A DNA stretch of 62,186 bases from a virus (lineage: Duplodnaviria; Caudoviricetes), in the IMG/VR virus record IMGVR_UViG_3300049509_000001, positions 1 through 62,186 of that record; one strand, written 5' to 3'. The position numbers were made by a program, and so were the translations under genes. The notes below the pieces were generated by a model. The model made no database searches, was not told the origin of the DNA, and worked only from the letters and a program-made list of their open reading frames with translations. Position 1 is the stretch's first letter; every line of letters begins with the position of its first letter. Of this stretch, positions 9,357 through 19,779 are shown piece after piece.

Positions 9357-9551
9357 ATGTTTTTCAACCTGACTGAATCCGCTGCTCGTATTGGCATCAG
9401 CCGGGCCTGGTTGTATCGGAAATACCTACCTCGATACCGTCCTACGATGATCGCCAGGCGTCCGGTATTATCGAGAGAGCAAATCGCGCAGATTAAAGCG
9501 GAAATCAGGACGGGAGAACGGCAGAAGCCCAACGGCAACGGTCACAAGTAG
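9357..9551 (+). CDS. small helix-turn-helix DNA-binding protein
   Basis: LTESAARIGISRAWLY HTH pattern; likely start ATG 9357. Confidence 0.7.
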   Translation: MFFNLTESAARIGISRAWLYRKYLPRYRPTMIARRPVLSREQIAQIKAEIRTGERQKPNGNGHK

Positions 9552-9569
9552 CAGCAACTCTCAACCAAC

Positions 9570-10622
9570 GTGGCAGGAAAATCCCCTAGAAGCAGGCCGC
9601 ATGTCTTCGTGCGTGATACTCTGATTCGTCAACACCGACAAACCGCTTTTACTTCCGGGCAATGGTTCAGGTTTAATGGGCGGTTATGGGAAAACATACC
9701 TGAATACCTGATCAAACAGGAAGCGCAGGCAATCATTGATAGTGATAGCAAGCTGGCAATTACCGCCACGGCTGGAACACTAGATAGCATCACAAATTTA
9801 GTACGAGTTGCCTGCTCAAGGCCGGACGGAATCATGGATCGGAAGACGGATTTGATCACCTTCCGTGACTGTACACTGGAAATCAGCACACGACAGCGCC
9901 GCGAACACAACTGCAAGGACTACCTTACATCCGCGTTCCCTTTCGATTACAACCCTAAAACCCGTTCAGACGTATGGGAAATGTACCTTGATGAAGTGAT
10001 CCCATCTGACTGTCTCTCATTCTTGCAGGAATTTGCCGGGTATGCACTGACTACGGACATGATGAAAGAAACCGCAGTGTGGCTTTACGGGCCATCCGGC
10101 TGCGGTAAGTCCACGTTCCTTGACGGGCTGCGGGCTGCGTTTGGAAACCGTGTTACAACCTTCAGTATTGCAAACCTGGACTCTCGTTTCGGGTTAAGTC
10201 ACCTCAACGGAAAGACTCTTGCTATTGCCGCCGAGCAGCCAGCGTCGATGAAACAGGTTCAGATTCTCAATCAGCTTATCTCCGGTGAAGGGATCATGGT
10301 TGACCATAAGTATCACGATCCCTTTGAGATGTTCTGCCGCGCTAAGTTCCTATGGGCGATGAATGAACTGCCGGACATTCCTAAGAGCGGTATTGGCCTG
10401 AGGCGCCGCGTAGTGGCAATCAAGTTCCCGCCAATGGATGAAAGTAAGCGCAATGAGAATATTAAACGCCAGATCAAGCTCTCCGGTCAGGCAATCTTTA
10501 ACTGGGCGCTAGACGGGCTGGAACGATTGCAGGCACGCGGTCATTTTCTCAAGCCTACTGAATCTGCCCATGTTCTCAGGCTTGTAGTTGCCCAAGATCC
10601 CGAAATAGACCTTTCCGAGTAA
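9570..10622 (+). CDS. D5/P4-type SF3 replicative helicase (no primase domain seen)
   Basis: D5_N-like region, Walker A GPSGCGKST, AMNELP, LRRRVVAIKF, IFNWALDG. Confidence 0.85.
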   Translation: MAGKSPRSRPHVFVRDTLIRQHRQTAFTSGQWFRFNGRLWENIPEYLIKQEAQAIIDSDSKLAITATAGTLDSITNLVRVACSRPDGIMDRKTDLITFRDCTLEISTRQRREHNCKDYLTSAFPFDYNPKTRSDVWEMYLDEVIPSDCLSFLQEFAGYALTTDMMKETAVWLYGPSGCGKSTFLDGLRAAFGNRVTTFSIANLDSRFGLSHLNGKTLAIAAEQPASMKQVQILNQLISGEGIMVDHKYHDPFEMFCRAKFLWAMNELPDIPKSGIGLRRRVVAIKFPPMDESKRNENIKRQIKLSGQAIFNWALDGLERLQARGHFLKPTESAHVLRLVVAQDPEIDLSE

Positions 10623-10860
10623 GCTGTTCGCCATATTGGGACGGGATTTTGCTAAGTGTCCTATTACCCGACATCTAAGGTGTTCGCCTCTACTCCCTAC
10701 CCTCGCAGATTTGAAATAAAAAACTTTCCTATACCATCGCGTATGAAAAAGTTTATAAAGAAAGGTTTAGGTGATACCTCTATTTTACTAGGCTTTTTAC
10801 ACTTCGCACCCCGTTCAACAGTTTAACAATTAACCATCGGTCACGATTTCACGCTACGTT
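10623..10860. other. putative replication origin
   Basis: AT-rich non-coding stretch after the helicase, with a TGTTCGCC direct repeat and inverted AAACTTT...AAAGTTT. Confidence 0.45.
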
Positions 10861-10894
10861 TGATTACGTTGACCGAACATGTTAATATACAAAC
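10860..10894 (+). promoter_or_regulatory. sigma70-type promoter, leaderless
   Basis: TTGATT-17-TAATAT, 6 nt before ATG 10895. Confidence 0.55.
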
Positions 10895-11104
10895 ATGATA
10901 CAAAGTAACAACAAAAAACAATTACTACCTGTAAGATTAAGTATCAAAGCGTTTGCGCTTCTTCAGGCAATGGCTGACGAACAAGGGATTTCCAAGGGCT
11001 CAGTACTAGAGATAATGATTCGCAAGCAAGCGGAAGAAGTCGAGGAGTCAATGCCATTGGTATATGCAATAATGCGTGGAAAAGAGGAGGAGGACAATGA
11101 CTAA
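10895..11104 (+). CDS. ribbon-helix-helix (CopG-like) regulator
   Basis: LPVRLSIKAFALLQAMADEQGISKGSVLEIMIR. Confidence 0.7.
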   Translation: MIQSNNKKQLLPVRLSIKAFALLQAMADEQGISKGSVLEIMIRKQAEEVEESMPLVYAIMRGKEEEDND

Positions 11105-11187
11105 CTACCGATATGACCTGATCGATCCCTGGTATTAGTTCTTTTATTCATCGTCCCCTTTCTCCTTTAGCGCCTTTAGCGAGTGAT

Positions 11188-12855
11188 TTACAACGTCATC
11201 CATGAGTCTTCAGATCCGTTCAGGGGCTCGGCTTCTTCACTCTCAGCAGGCGCAGGAGTAGCGCAGAGTTCGATGGCGCGGTCGATCATCGGAGCCAAGT
11301 CGCCAGCCAGAACTTCACAGCAGTGTGTACACATACTGTTCTCGCAGTCGAGCACTGTCTGTAAGCGGCGTTTGAGCTGCGGTAGCAACCACGCCACAGC
11401 ACCGCCTTCAACTCCTGCTGGCGCAGTCTCACCCGTCCCGCAATTTGGGCAGGAGTATCCACTACCGTCCCCATCCTCGTGCATAGCAGCGAACGTGAAA
11501 CCGCAATCAGGACACTCGACGCATTCAACGCCGTGCCGCCGTTCCCAGGCGTGACCGTGGGCGTCGATCCAAGGTGGTGGCGCTGCGGCGGGAGCCACGA
11601 ACGGGATGCGTCGTCCGTGTTGATCTATATCATCTGATAAGTGGATCTCGCTGTCCGGCTCCCGTTTGCAGTAATCCTCGTCACCAACAGCAAAGGCGCA
11701 GTAGTTCGGGTAGTGCGGATGCTCCTGATATGCGTGACGCTCAAGATTACTTTGTGGTCCTTCATGTGTAGTTGCGGGCGCAGCGGCCGCGTCGAATCCG
11801 TCAACGTAAGCATGGGCTGCAACTTCGGTAAGTTGCTGCTCGGCCTCGTCTGCGCCAGTGGTCGCGATCTCGCGTTGATATCGTTCTGCGGCCTCAACCA
11901 GAAATGACCGTTGCTCCCAGCCGTGGCAGTCGCATTCGTGGCTGTCGTGCAAGTGGCGCATCCATGCAACTAAATGCTTGAGTGTTTCGGAAAGCGGGAA
12001 GTTGGTATCAGTGCCGTGATCACGTACCGCTTCTTCGTGTTCAGTGGTAGCGCCAGTGGCAGGATCGTAGGCCCACGTTACAAGGATGTCCGTGCCTTTT
12101 GTCGGGCCAATGCGTTTCAATAATGCCGAGTGAGATTTATCTACGTCCAGAAGCACGCCGCTCCTAATCGCTACCCATTCCCCTGCAAAGTTTTGTGCGT
12201 TTGCTTTCAACCAATCGACGTTTGCCTTTACGTCAACCCTGTGTCTTGCTTGAGCGAGTACGCCGGTGGCTGGAAACACGCACTTGCAGAGACATCGCGA
12301 TCCGCTATTCCTCGACTTCACCTCGAAGTGCTGGCAAAAGCCATCTGCGCCAGTCCCTTCACTATGGCCGCACTCTCCACAGCGGCGCTCACTGCTGGAG
12401 ACGGGAAATGTCCCGTCTTCGATGTCATCAGCCAGAACCTCCAAAGCCGATATGCCGCCTTCGATGAATTGTTGATCCCTTTCATTGCCGGAGTCGTTTC
12501 CGGCCTTGCGGATCTCGACCGCTCGCTCTTGAATGCGCCGTGCAAGCTCACTACTGGAGAGTTGAGGGAGCAGGGAAAGCAAGTCTTTCACGTAGGCCAG
12601 CAATCGCGCACAGGTCAGGCACTCAACGTTACGGTGAAGCTCATCATAACCTTGTTTGATTTCTTCCAGCGTGAACGTCGTATCTTCCACTCGCACATCG
12701 TCTGGATGGACGCGGGCGTAGGGGACGGCGCCCTCAGTAGGCTCCTTGCTGACTGACCACGAACAGTTTTCGTTTGGACGCTCAGGATGGCACGCTCTAG
12801 CGAAAAGACGTTCTGGTATCTCCGATTCAGTTGGTAGTTGCTGCTTGTCAGTCAT
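11188..12855 (-). CDS. mosaic multi-domain hypothetical protein (zinc fingers, DUF5678-like module)
   Basis: 555 aa of short modules (CLTC, CGECGH, WLKANAQNFAGEWVAI, CPDCG...CPNCG) joined by Ala/Thr/Pro linkers. Confidence 0.7.
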   Translation of the reverse strand: MTDKQQLPTESEIPERLFARACHPERPNENCSWSVSKEPTEGAVPYARVHPDDVRVEDTTFTLEEIKQGYDELHRNVECLTCARLLAYVKDLLSLLPQLSSSELARRIQERAVEIRKAGNDSGNERDQQFIEGGISALEVLADDIEDGTFPVSSSERRCGECGHSEGTGADGFCQHFEVKSRNSGSRCLCKCVFPATGVLAQARHRVDVKANVDWLKANAQNFAGEWVAIRSGVLLDVDKSHSALLKRIGPTKGTDILVTWAYDPATGATTEHEEAVRDHGTDTNFPLSETLKHLVAWMRHLHDSHECDCHGWEQRSFLVEAAERYQREIATTGADEAEQQLTEVAAHAYVDGFDAAAAPATTHEGPQSNLERHAYQEHPHYPNYCAFAVGDEDYCKREPDSEIHLSDDIDQHGRRIPFVAPAAAPPPWIDAHGHAWERRHGVECVECPDCGFTFAAMHEDGDGSGYSCPNCGTGETAPAGVEGGAVAWLLPQLKRRLQTVLDCENSMCTHCCEVLAGDLAPMIDRAIELCATPAPAESEEAEPLNGSEDSWMTL

Positions 12856-13096
12856 TGGATTTGCCTTTCACACGTCTTGTTGCGGAAGGTCTAATAACAA
12901 GGGTCCGGCGGTGCGATACGTGCCGTGCTGCGGGCCACTCAGCTTTTTTCAAAAGGCTCGCAGCCGCTTCTAAAGCCGCTACGTATCTCGGGTTGTCGCT
13001 GGAGTTTCTAGCCATCTCAGCCGCGATCTTTACTGCGTGAGCTATTTGGTGGCCTGTGACTTTCCATCGATGCTGGTTGTGACCGTTTTCACCCAT
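12848..13096 (-). CDS. hypothetical protein
   Basis: ORF overlapping the next gene in the operon. Confidence 0.5.
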   Translation of the reverse strand: MGENGHNQHRWKVTGHQIAHAVKIAAEMARNSSDNPRYVAALEAAASLLKKAEWPAARHVSHRRTLVIRPSATRRVKGKSND

Positions 13097-13100
13097 CGCT

Positions 13101-13247
13101 TCAGCTACCGCCTTTCAACCGTCCGTAGTCATCGTGATACTCCCACCACAAGCTTTCCAGTCGATCTAAGTCAGACTTGGACCAACCGATTTCTAAGCAG
13201 TAATGCAGCCATTCCAAACATGCTCTGATGGCTCGATTTGTTCTCAC
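13101..13247 (-). CDS. small hypothetical protein (48 aa, not in ORF track)
   Basis: MRTNRAIRACLEWLHYCLEIGWSKSDLDRLESLWWEYHDDYGRLKGGS with upstream GGTGG SD. Confidence 0.5.
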   Translation of the reverse strand: MRTNRAIRACLEWLHYCLEIGWSKSDLDRLESLWWEYHDDYGRLKGGS

Positions 13248-13512
13248 CGACTACCACCTTTCGCTCCGCCTACGCCGTCGCATTCGTCTGCGATAGCACC
13301 TTCGTTGTTGCATCGACGTACTGTGTCGGATCGCGGAGTTTCTGTGATGCTCCCACTCAGGACTACCAAGCCAGTTATCGCTCACGTTCATCGCCTTTCA
13401 CTTCGCGTTGCGTTAGCGATTGTAGTGTCTCTCAAGTTGTTCGGCGTTAAGAACGCGGGTCATCACTCAATCCTCAGTCTCTCGTACAGTGCGCGAGCGC
13501 GTTGACACTCGC

Positions 13513-13812
13513 CTACGTCCGCAACCGCGCCGTTAGTTTTTGCAGATGCTTGTCGTCAGGATCTTCACAGTGAGAGCCATCCGTGAACAGGTCAACGTGG
13601 TGCGCATTGGCATCATCTAAGCTATCGCCGTATCCGTACAAACCGATCCAATAACGGGCTTCGTTCATCTGCTCCATGTGTAACAAACACTTTCCTGTCT
13701 CTTTGTCGCGCACCAGAATTTCATCGACAGTTTCGTCCTCGTTGTAGCGGATCTCGATTCCTCCCGGCATCCTTTCGCGGTCGTTCATGTGGTGCTTCAC
13801 TGGTTTCGTCAC
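13513..13812 (-). CDS. hypothetical protein
   Basis: ORF coupled by a 4-nt overlap. Confidence 0.55.
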   Translation of the reverse strand: MTKPVKHHMNDRERMPGGIEIRYNEDETVDEILVRDKETGKCLLHMEQMNEARYWIGLYGYGDSLDDANAHHVDLFTDGSHCEDPDDKHLQKLTARLRT

Positions 13813-14315
13813 TTTCGTTGCTCCCCTTCCCGCGCCTCAGAGTCGTGGCGGATGGCTGGTAACGGCTGCCATGAAATAGGAATAACATGCGTCCCGATTC
13901 CGTGAATGGCCCACGATGAAGACAGCCAATTTTGCGTGCTTCCGCTGATTTGATAGTCCGCAAGAGTAGCTATATGAATTTCCCCGCCTTCGTCTGTCGG
14001 GTAGATGACAAGAATGCGCTCATTGATTGGCGCAGTCTCAATCGGTTGCCATGCCTCTGCCCGCACTTCTATCTCGCGCCGGCGCAGGGTAGTCGCTACC
14101 ACTCGCAACCCCGCATCCATTCCATGCGGCTCACGCTGGAGTTCAAGGATGCGGGCGCACACGGCATCTACGAAGTCGCAGCGTTCTTGATTAACCATAT
14201 CCTCAGTGATTTCGGGGTCATCGCCAAGATCGTATAACTCCCACCAGCCCGCAGGTCCGCCTTTGTCAATCACTTCCATTAAGGCAGCCCTGATTACGGC
14301 TTCACTCGCTAACAA
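13809..14315 (-). CDS. hypothetical protein with DUF551-like C-terminal module
   Basis: WQPIETAP...WQPLP motif. Confidence 0.6.
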   Translation of the reverse strand: MLASEAVIRAALMEVIDKGGPAGWWELYDLGDDPEITEDMVNQERCDFVDAVCARILELQREPHGMDAGLRVVATTLRRREIEVRAEAWQPIETAPINERILVIYPTDEGGEIHIATLADYQISGSTQNWLSSSWAIHGIGTHVIPISWQPLPAIRHDSEAREGEQRK

Positions 14316-14931
14316 TTCTTACCTCATTTCTCCAAGTCGCATTCCAGCGATTAACCGATTTCGGGATAGGCGGGTAGAAGATCGCGTCCTCTACGTGCCA
14401 ATTGCGACGCAGTCTGGCGCAGACAGTTTCGTAGTTGATTCCGGCCTCGGCAGCCCAATCCTTAAGACATTTTGTAACGCCTTTTATGGTTACGTTGTGA
14501 TTTGTGCTTTTATTACGACTTTGTTGAGCCTGCGTAGCCCACCGAACATTCCCCGGCTCATAGTTACCGTTCGCATCGGGGTAGCGATCCAGCGAGTGCC
14601 CCAAACTGGGACGTGGTCCCATATCAGCAAGGAAGTTGTCAAAAGTTAGCCAACGTTCGCAAGCTGTAATTCCCTTCCCGGCGTAGTTCTTTAGGTTTTT
14701 AGATGAGGGCAGCATGGTACGGCCCAACATACTTTGCCAGCAATGGTATTCAGGAGAACGCTGCTCTCTACGACCGTGGCCGTGTCGGAAAGCGCCCAAC
14801 CCTAGAGGATCGTTCGTATGACCATGTTTCTTGAATCGCTGATAATGAATCGAGCAAAACCCCCACGCATGGTGACGACTTAAGCAGCAATCAACCTTAC
14901 ATGTTAATTTCGGCTTCATCCGGTTCTCCAA
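14302..14931 (-). CDS. HNH-like homing endonuclease
   Basis: N-terminal CxxxxC...CxxHY finger, then GITACERWLTFDNFLADMGPRP...SLDR...NGNYEPGNVRWAT...QSRN. Confidence 0.8.
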   Translation of the reverse strand: MENRMKPKLTCKVDCCLSRHHAWGFCSIHYQRFKKHGHTNDPLGLGAFRHGHGRREQRSPEYHCWQSMLGRTMLPSSKNLKNYAGKGITACERWLTFDNFLADMGPRPSLGHSLDRYPDANGNYEPGNVRWATQAQQSRNKSTNHNVTIKGVTKCLKDWAAEAGINYETVCARLRRNWHVEDAIFYPPIPKSVNRWNATWRNEVRIVSE

Positions 14932-17450
14932 TTTCTGTCAGCAAGTTTTCCAGCAGGCTTGCGGCTTTCTGAGTATGAATTAGCGCCGCCCGCACCGTCG
15001 TCAACGAAGCGAAAGCCTGGTCTCGCGCGATGGCCGCGGAGATACGTTCCAGGGCCGCGGGATCGATCTCCGCGTCCCCAGTCCGATGCAGCGGGCAGTC
15101 GCAATCCTCAGCCATCGCGGCGTGGATACGGGCAATCAACTGCTCTGTTTCCTGTTCGTTTGAGCCGTCACAGCGCTCGCGGCATTGCCCCGCTACGGCC
15201 TCGGAATCGCCGGTGGGGACGCTTTCAGTCCCCGGCGCGGCCTCCGCTACCTTTTCCACGTACTGCGAGCACCACGGGGCGTGACCGTAACCGTGACAAT
15301 CGTCGCACCACGAGTCCTCGTTGTATCGGTTGCTGTCGTGAGTAGTCATCGCACTTTGGCCTCCATGTTGAGCTTGCTGGCGTCGTATATCCCTAGCCGT
15401 TTACAAATCCGCATCATCTGATTTGCGTGACCGCGTTTCTCGTTGAAGATCAAAGCACCCGCACAGTGAACACTCTTGTCGTTAGCACGATATTCCGAGA
15501 ATCCGTCTTCATCTTCCACTGTATCCGCCGTCTGATGGCAAGGGAATTCACTTTCGGCAAACGCCTTCAATCGAGACAGCTTGAATCCCCGTTTCATCTG
15601 CGGCGTATCCAGGAACGGACAGTGATCGCAGGGCGTGGTCATGCTGTACTTCATGGTGCTACCCATCCCCTTGGTGATGACGGCATCCCAGCCTTGAGGT
15701 AGCAGTGAGTACAGAGGAAATGTCCGTCCTCAGGGTTTAGTGTTCCTTCCTCCTGCCAGACGTAGTCATCTGCTGTCATGTCCGCCATGCCGCTGTGCGC
15801 TTCACAGGCCGCGCTGAAGTATTCAGCAAGTTCATCCGGCCTCTTGCCACAACCAACGCAAATCAGTTCCGGTCGATTGCCGTCGTGCATTTCAGTGGTC
15901 ATGGGCCATCTTACTCCTCTCGTTCTAGCCTGTAGCCGTCAGAGCGTCGAATCTCAGGGAACGTGATTTGCATTTCCACGGCTCGCAATACCACTTGCAA
16001 TAATCCGTAGAGTTCAAATCCACCCATATTGTCACAGGTGCGTGTAACCAGCACCTTCGTCGGATCTTTGGCATGACGGTCAACGACGATCTCAAATCGC
16101 TTCGGGTATTCGCCGCTGTCTAGCTCATCTGCCATGCTTTTAGCTGTGATAGATTTCTTCCTGCTCATCCTTCATGCTCCTTGGTGGTGGCCGTGTCCTT
16201 CGCCTTCGCTGTCTTTCTGCGACAGAACGGACAGTAAGTGCAAATCATCGCTGGTGGTGGTTTGTGCTTCTTTCCCCGTGGCGGCTCGCCGATCCATGAC
16301 GTATAAACGCTAAGCAGTGAGTCTGGATTCATCCTGTCGTCAAATACCAAGCTCGGCGCAATCTGATAGTCATGTCCGGCTTCTCTGAGTCTCGCATTGA
16401 TTTGTTCCACGCAGTTGTAGTTCATCCTCTCACTCGCTCCTTTTTAACTGGTGTATTTCACTCAGTACCTGTTTCGCAAACTCCGGCGTCTCGGAAATGC
16501 TTAGTTTCCGCTCAGCTCGGATAGCAGCATTGTTCTCAGCGTCAGACCATCCGAAGTCAGAGGTGTCATCCGTTGGTCCAGCTAACGCCGCAGCAAGTGC
16601 GTCTCCGGCAACTCTCGCTTCCATCTCGGTTAGACGGAATGTGTACAACCTTGCAGCCATGACTACAGCAACACTCCCACCGGTTCCTTGTGCGGATGCA
16701 CCTGATCGCTGCCAATCGGAGTCGTGCTCGCCGCTCCGTAAACCAGCGAGTAGCTGCCGTTTCTCGCCTTGACGTAGAGCGCACGGCACTTGTCGCACTC
16801 TGCGCCAATGGCGGCGCACTCTGCGCCAATGGCGGCGTTAACCTGTCTGACTTCATCTGGTTCTGAAATGAACCCCAGCTGCTTGTCTAAATCCGCCGCT
16901 CTCATTCGCGTTCTCCTTTCAACTTAGTTCCTTCTCTCACCTCGGTTCCTGACGCGGGGGAGTGCGATTACTCGCCGTCGCCATTCTTTGGTAACTCTAC
17001 TCGCAATAGTAGCGCAGCGTCGCGTCTGAAAGCCTCGGCCAGTCTGTCTTGCTCTTTTTCGTTTTCCTTCAATCGCGCAAGAATCACATTGTTACTGTCA
17101 GACACAGCTACCATTGAGGCTATGGATACCTTGCGGCGTCCGGCCTTGTCAGATGAAAACCACACTTCATCGCGGCCTCGGTAGTCTCTCCCGGCGACAG
17201 ATGTAATTTTCCCCTTTTGCAGATTACCCAACGAGTTCGGATACGAATCAAGGAAGTAAGCATCAATCGGCTCCCACGGCTTTTCCTTCTTTGTCTCAAT
17301 CCGATCCATCGCGTTATCGATATACTCGCGCGCCTTTGGTAATGTTGGCGCTTTACGCTGGCGTCCGTTGACGGTGAACTGCCAGACGTTTTCATCTTCG
17401 AGCAGTATGATCTCAATGTCTCTGTACATCTGCTTAATCGGTTCGCTCAT
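14897..17450 (-). other. cluster of small leftward hypothetical genes (14897-15349, 15346-15666, 15651-15902, 15911-16168, 16165-16425, 16430-16660, 16663-16905, 16968-17450)
   Basis: Abutting or overlapping ORFs, many with CxxC pairs (e.g. PCDHCPF...FPCH...CAG), typical of a phage early accessory region. Confidence 0.65.
16794..16835. repeat. 21-bp tandem duplication
   Basis: CGCACTCTGCGCCAATGGCGG twice, encoding AAIGAEC twice in ORF 16663-16905. Confidence 0.9.
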
Positions 17451-17635
17451 TTCCTCGCTCCGTTCTTTGGCTTTACAGGCGTGATCACAATCGGCCCACG
17501 TTTCCTGTAGCCGATTTGCTCAACCTGTACGGTTACTTCGTCTCCGGCCTGTAGTTCCATCGTTCTGACTATCCGTTGCGGTAGCACCACCATGAGCGAG
17601 CCACCCACGTTGCGTATCTTGTATGTTTCGTTCAT
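17447..17635 (-). CDS. AbrB/MazE/SpoVT-family DNA-binding protein
   Basis: KIRNVGGSLMVVLPQRIVRTMELQAGDEV. Confidence 0.85.
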   Translation of the reverse strand: MNETYKIRNVGGSLMVVLPQRIVRTMELQAGDEVTVQVEQIGYRKRGPIVITPVKPKNGARK

Positions 17636-17643
17636 GGGCGCGA

Positions 17644-17672
17644 ATACTATCGTATCAATACGATATTGTCAA
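17644..17672 (-). promoter_or_regulatory. leaderless sigma70 promoter with operator palindrome
   Basis: TTGACA-17-TAGTAT, 8 nt before the AbrB ATG. Inverted repeat TATCGTAT-CA-ATACGATA at 17648-17665. Confidence 0.75.
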
Positions 17673-17690
17673 GCGATAATGAAATAAACC

Positions 17691-18985
17691 TCACCCCGTT
17701 CGCCGCAACCAGCGCAGTAATCTTCTATGCCACGGCAGCGGCGCACTCGCGTCCAGCGTGAGCACCCGCTTCAACTTTGCTGTCGTCTCCCCGTCCACGG
17801 GAAATCTCATAGATTGCTTAGCCTGATAGATCCTCGTCTCAATTTGATCGTTGATTGTCAGCCTGAGTGGTTTGGAGGAGTGATGGATCATTTAGCGATA
17901 GCTCCTCTCGTCTGATACTTACCTGGTTCGTAAACATGGCGACATTCCTTACAGCGCCGAAATCTTTCGTTGAGCGCAATGGTCTTCGTTGACTTACATT
18001 GCGGACAGATGCGGCAGTCGTTAAGCATCGCGCTCCTCCCTTCTCGGCCCACGGCGGCAAGGGCAGCGCGAGCGCGTACATCGGTAAGTCTGCCGGGTTT
18101 TGTCTTAGTTGATGCCATTATTCCTTCCTTTCCAAGTGGCAGGAGTGATCGCAGTCATTCGACCCTCTCAAACACATGCCACACAAACAGCAGTTGCTGA
18201 ATCGTGCCGATATACTTTCGCTCTCGGTTATCACTTTCTAGGATCGGATTACCCGTGCTGTGAATCTCGAAGTAACGTGTTTCCTTTTCGGCGTTAGGGT
18301 TTACCAGCGCCCATAGACAAGCTTGCTCGTTCTGCCACTGTATCGTTAAGACCTCGGCAGCCTTTGGCATCTCGATATACTGCAAGTCAGTTAATGTAAG
18401 GTTGAACTTCCAGATAGTTTTCATGGTTGCCTCTTCAAAAATGGTGCTGAACAGTCGCGGTCACTTACATCAATCGTCACTATCCTTAGTTTCGAACATC
18501 ATCGCCGCCTCAATGTCGGCCAGTTCGTATTCGTCATGCGCCGATCCGGTCAATCTGTTCTTCAATTGGTGACTGTACGGTCACGCTCGCGGCTGTAAAC
18601 GCAGGCGCATGTTCTCTCAGCGTTTCGTTTACCATATCCTTAACAAACTCAACTGCGTCTTCCGGCGCGTGAGCCGCTACGTCCTGTACCTCAATCGTGA
18701 TAGTTACCCTGTAGGTATTCATCGTCTCATCTCCTCGCGTTGTGTCGTTTGTTGTAGTTAACGTAACGCTTCCGCCGCAGCGTCGTATGCCGCCTTCGCG
18801 TTAGGAAACACTTGTCCGCACTCTTTACAATGCGCTTCGCCATAAGAAGGCGCAAATAGCCACCCATGAGTACAGATTCCCCTGCGCTTCAAAGCGGCAG
18901 CACGGTTGCCAGCATCGATCAATTCGGCCATCTCGATATCCGCATTTTGAAAACCGTTTGCTAATTCAGGATCGTACATTGTCAT
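17691..18985 (-). other. cluster of small leftward hypothetical genes (17691-17891, 17888-18118, 18155-18424, 18534-18722, 18758-18985)
   Basis: Coupled ORFs with SD sites. Two have zinc ribbons; the MKTIWKF... protein resembles a widespread phage hypothetical family. Confidence 0.6.
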
Positions 18986-19026
18986 TCTCCCTTTGCGTCG
19001 TGTCCGTCTTTGTCATCGTGAGAGGG

Positions 19027-19100
19027 ACTATACTCGACAATTTGACACCTGTCAATGACTTATTTTACCTGTTGACAAATTATTTTTAAGTATGTAACCT
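19027..19100. promoter_or_regulatory. divergent sigma70 promoter pair with palindromic operator
   Basis: Minus TTGACA-17-TATAGT (19055-19027); plus TTGACA-17-TAACCT (19072-19100); palindrome TTGACA-CC-TGTCAA at 19042-19055. Confidence 0.75.
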
Positions 19101-19109
19101 ATCCGGGAA

Positions 19110-19316
19110 ATGAGCGAGATACTAACAGTGACAGAAGCCGCGGAAATCAAAGGTGTATCGCGACAGGCGATTTACACTGCCATTGAAACCGGGAAGTTAA
19201 AGGCGACTTCGACTAACGTCGCGGTAGTTGGTATCAAGCGCAGTGAGCTGGATAAGTTTCAGCCGAACGAGCGCAGTGTGAAGAATGCGGGCAGGCCACG
19301 AAGAGAGGCGAAATGA
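19110..19316 (+). CDS. excisionase-like HTH DNA-binding protein
   Basis: LTVTEAAEIKGVSRQAIYTAIETGKLKA, plus an AT-hook-like GRPR tail. Confidence 0.8.
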   Translation: MSEILTVTEAAEIKGVSRQAIYTAIETGKLKATSTNVAVVGIKRSELDKFQPNERSVKNAGRPRREAK

Positions 19317-19474
19317 GCACGGAGCGCAATGTTGACATTAAACGTGAGCGACGTTTAGTCCGCAATGAAGCAATCCGGCAGCGCAATAAGGCAAAGGCGC
19401 GGGAGAACGAGCGCAAGCCGCATCCGTTCATGGTCACAGTGGTAATGAATCCTCAGTCACCGGAGCAATGAAGG

Positions 19475-19684
19475 ATGAGTGAAGCGAATAGATTGATGCA
19501 ATTAATCGGCACGGAAACTTGTAGCCATTGTGGCCTGCTGACTGAATGCTTATCATTGCCTGACGACGGTGAGGAGCCGCGCTCAGCATGTTTGAAGTGC
19601 ATTAACGACGCCTTCTTATCCTACTGGCTGCCAAATTTTAAGCGACACGCGACTACGGCTCAATCACAGGGGCAGGAACGATGA
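19475..19684 (+). CDS. zinc-finger hypothetical protein
   Basis: CSHC...CLKC. Confidence 0.5.
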   Translation: MSEANRLMQLIGTETCSHCGLLTECLSLPDDGEEPRSACLKCINDAFLSYWLPNFKRHATTAQSQGQER

Positions 19685-19779
19685 GTGAGGGTGACATCTG
19701 TCGTGCAAGCCGAGCCGCGGAAAGTAATTTGCAAACCTTCCACTGTTACTCAACTCTCAATTAAGAAAGGTCAACTAAA

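Noticed and set aside
19110-19316. Excisionase implying lysogeny
   Set aside because: This HTH family is often purely regulatory, and no integrase accompanies it
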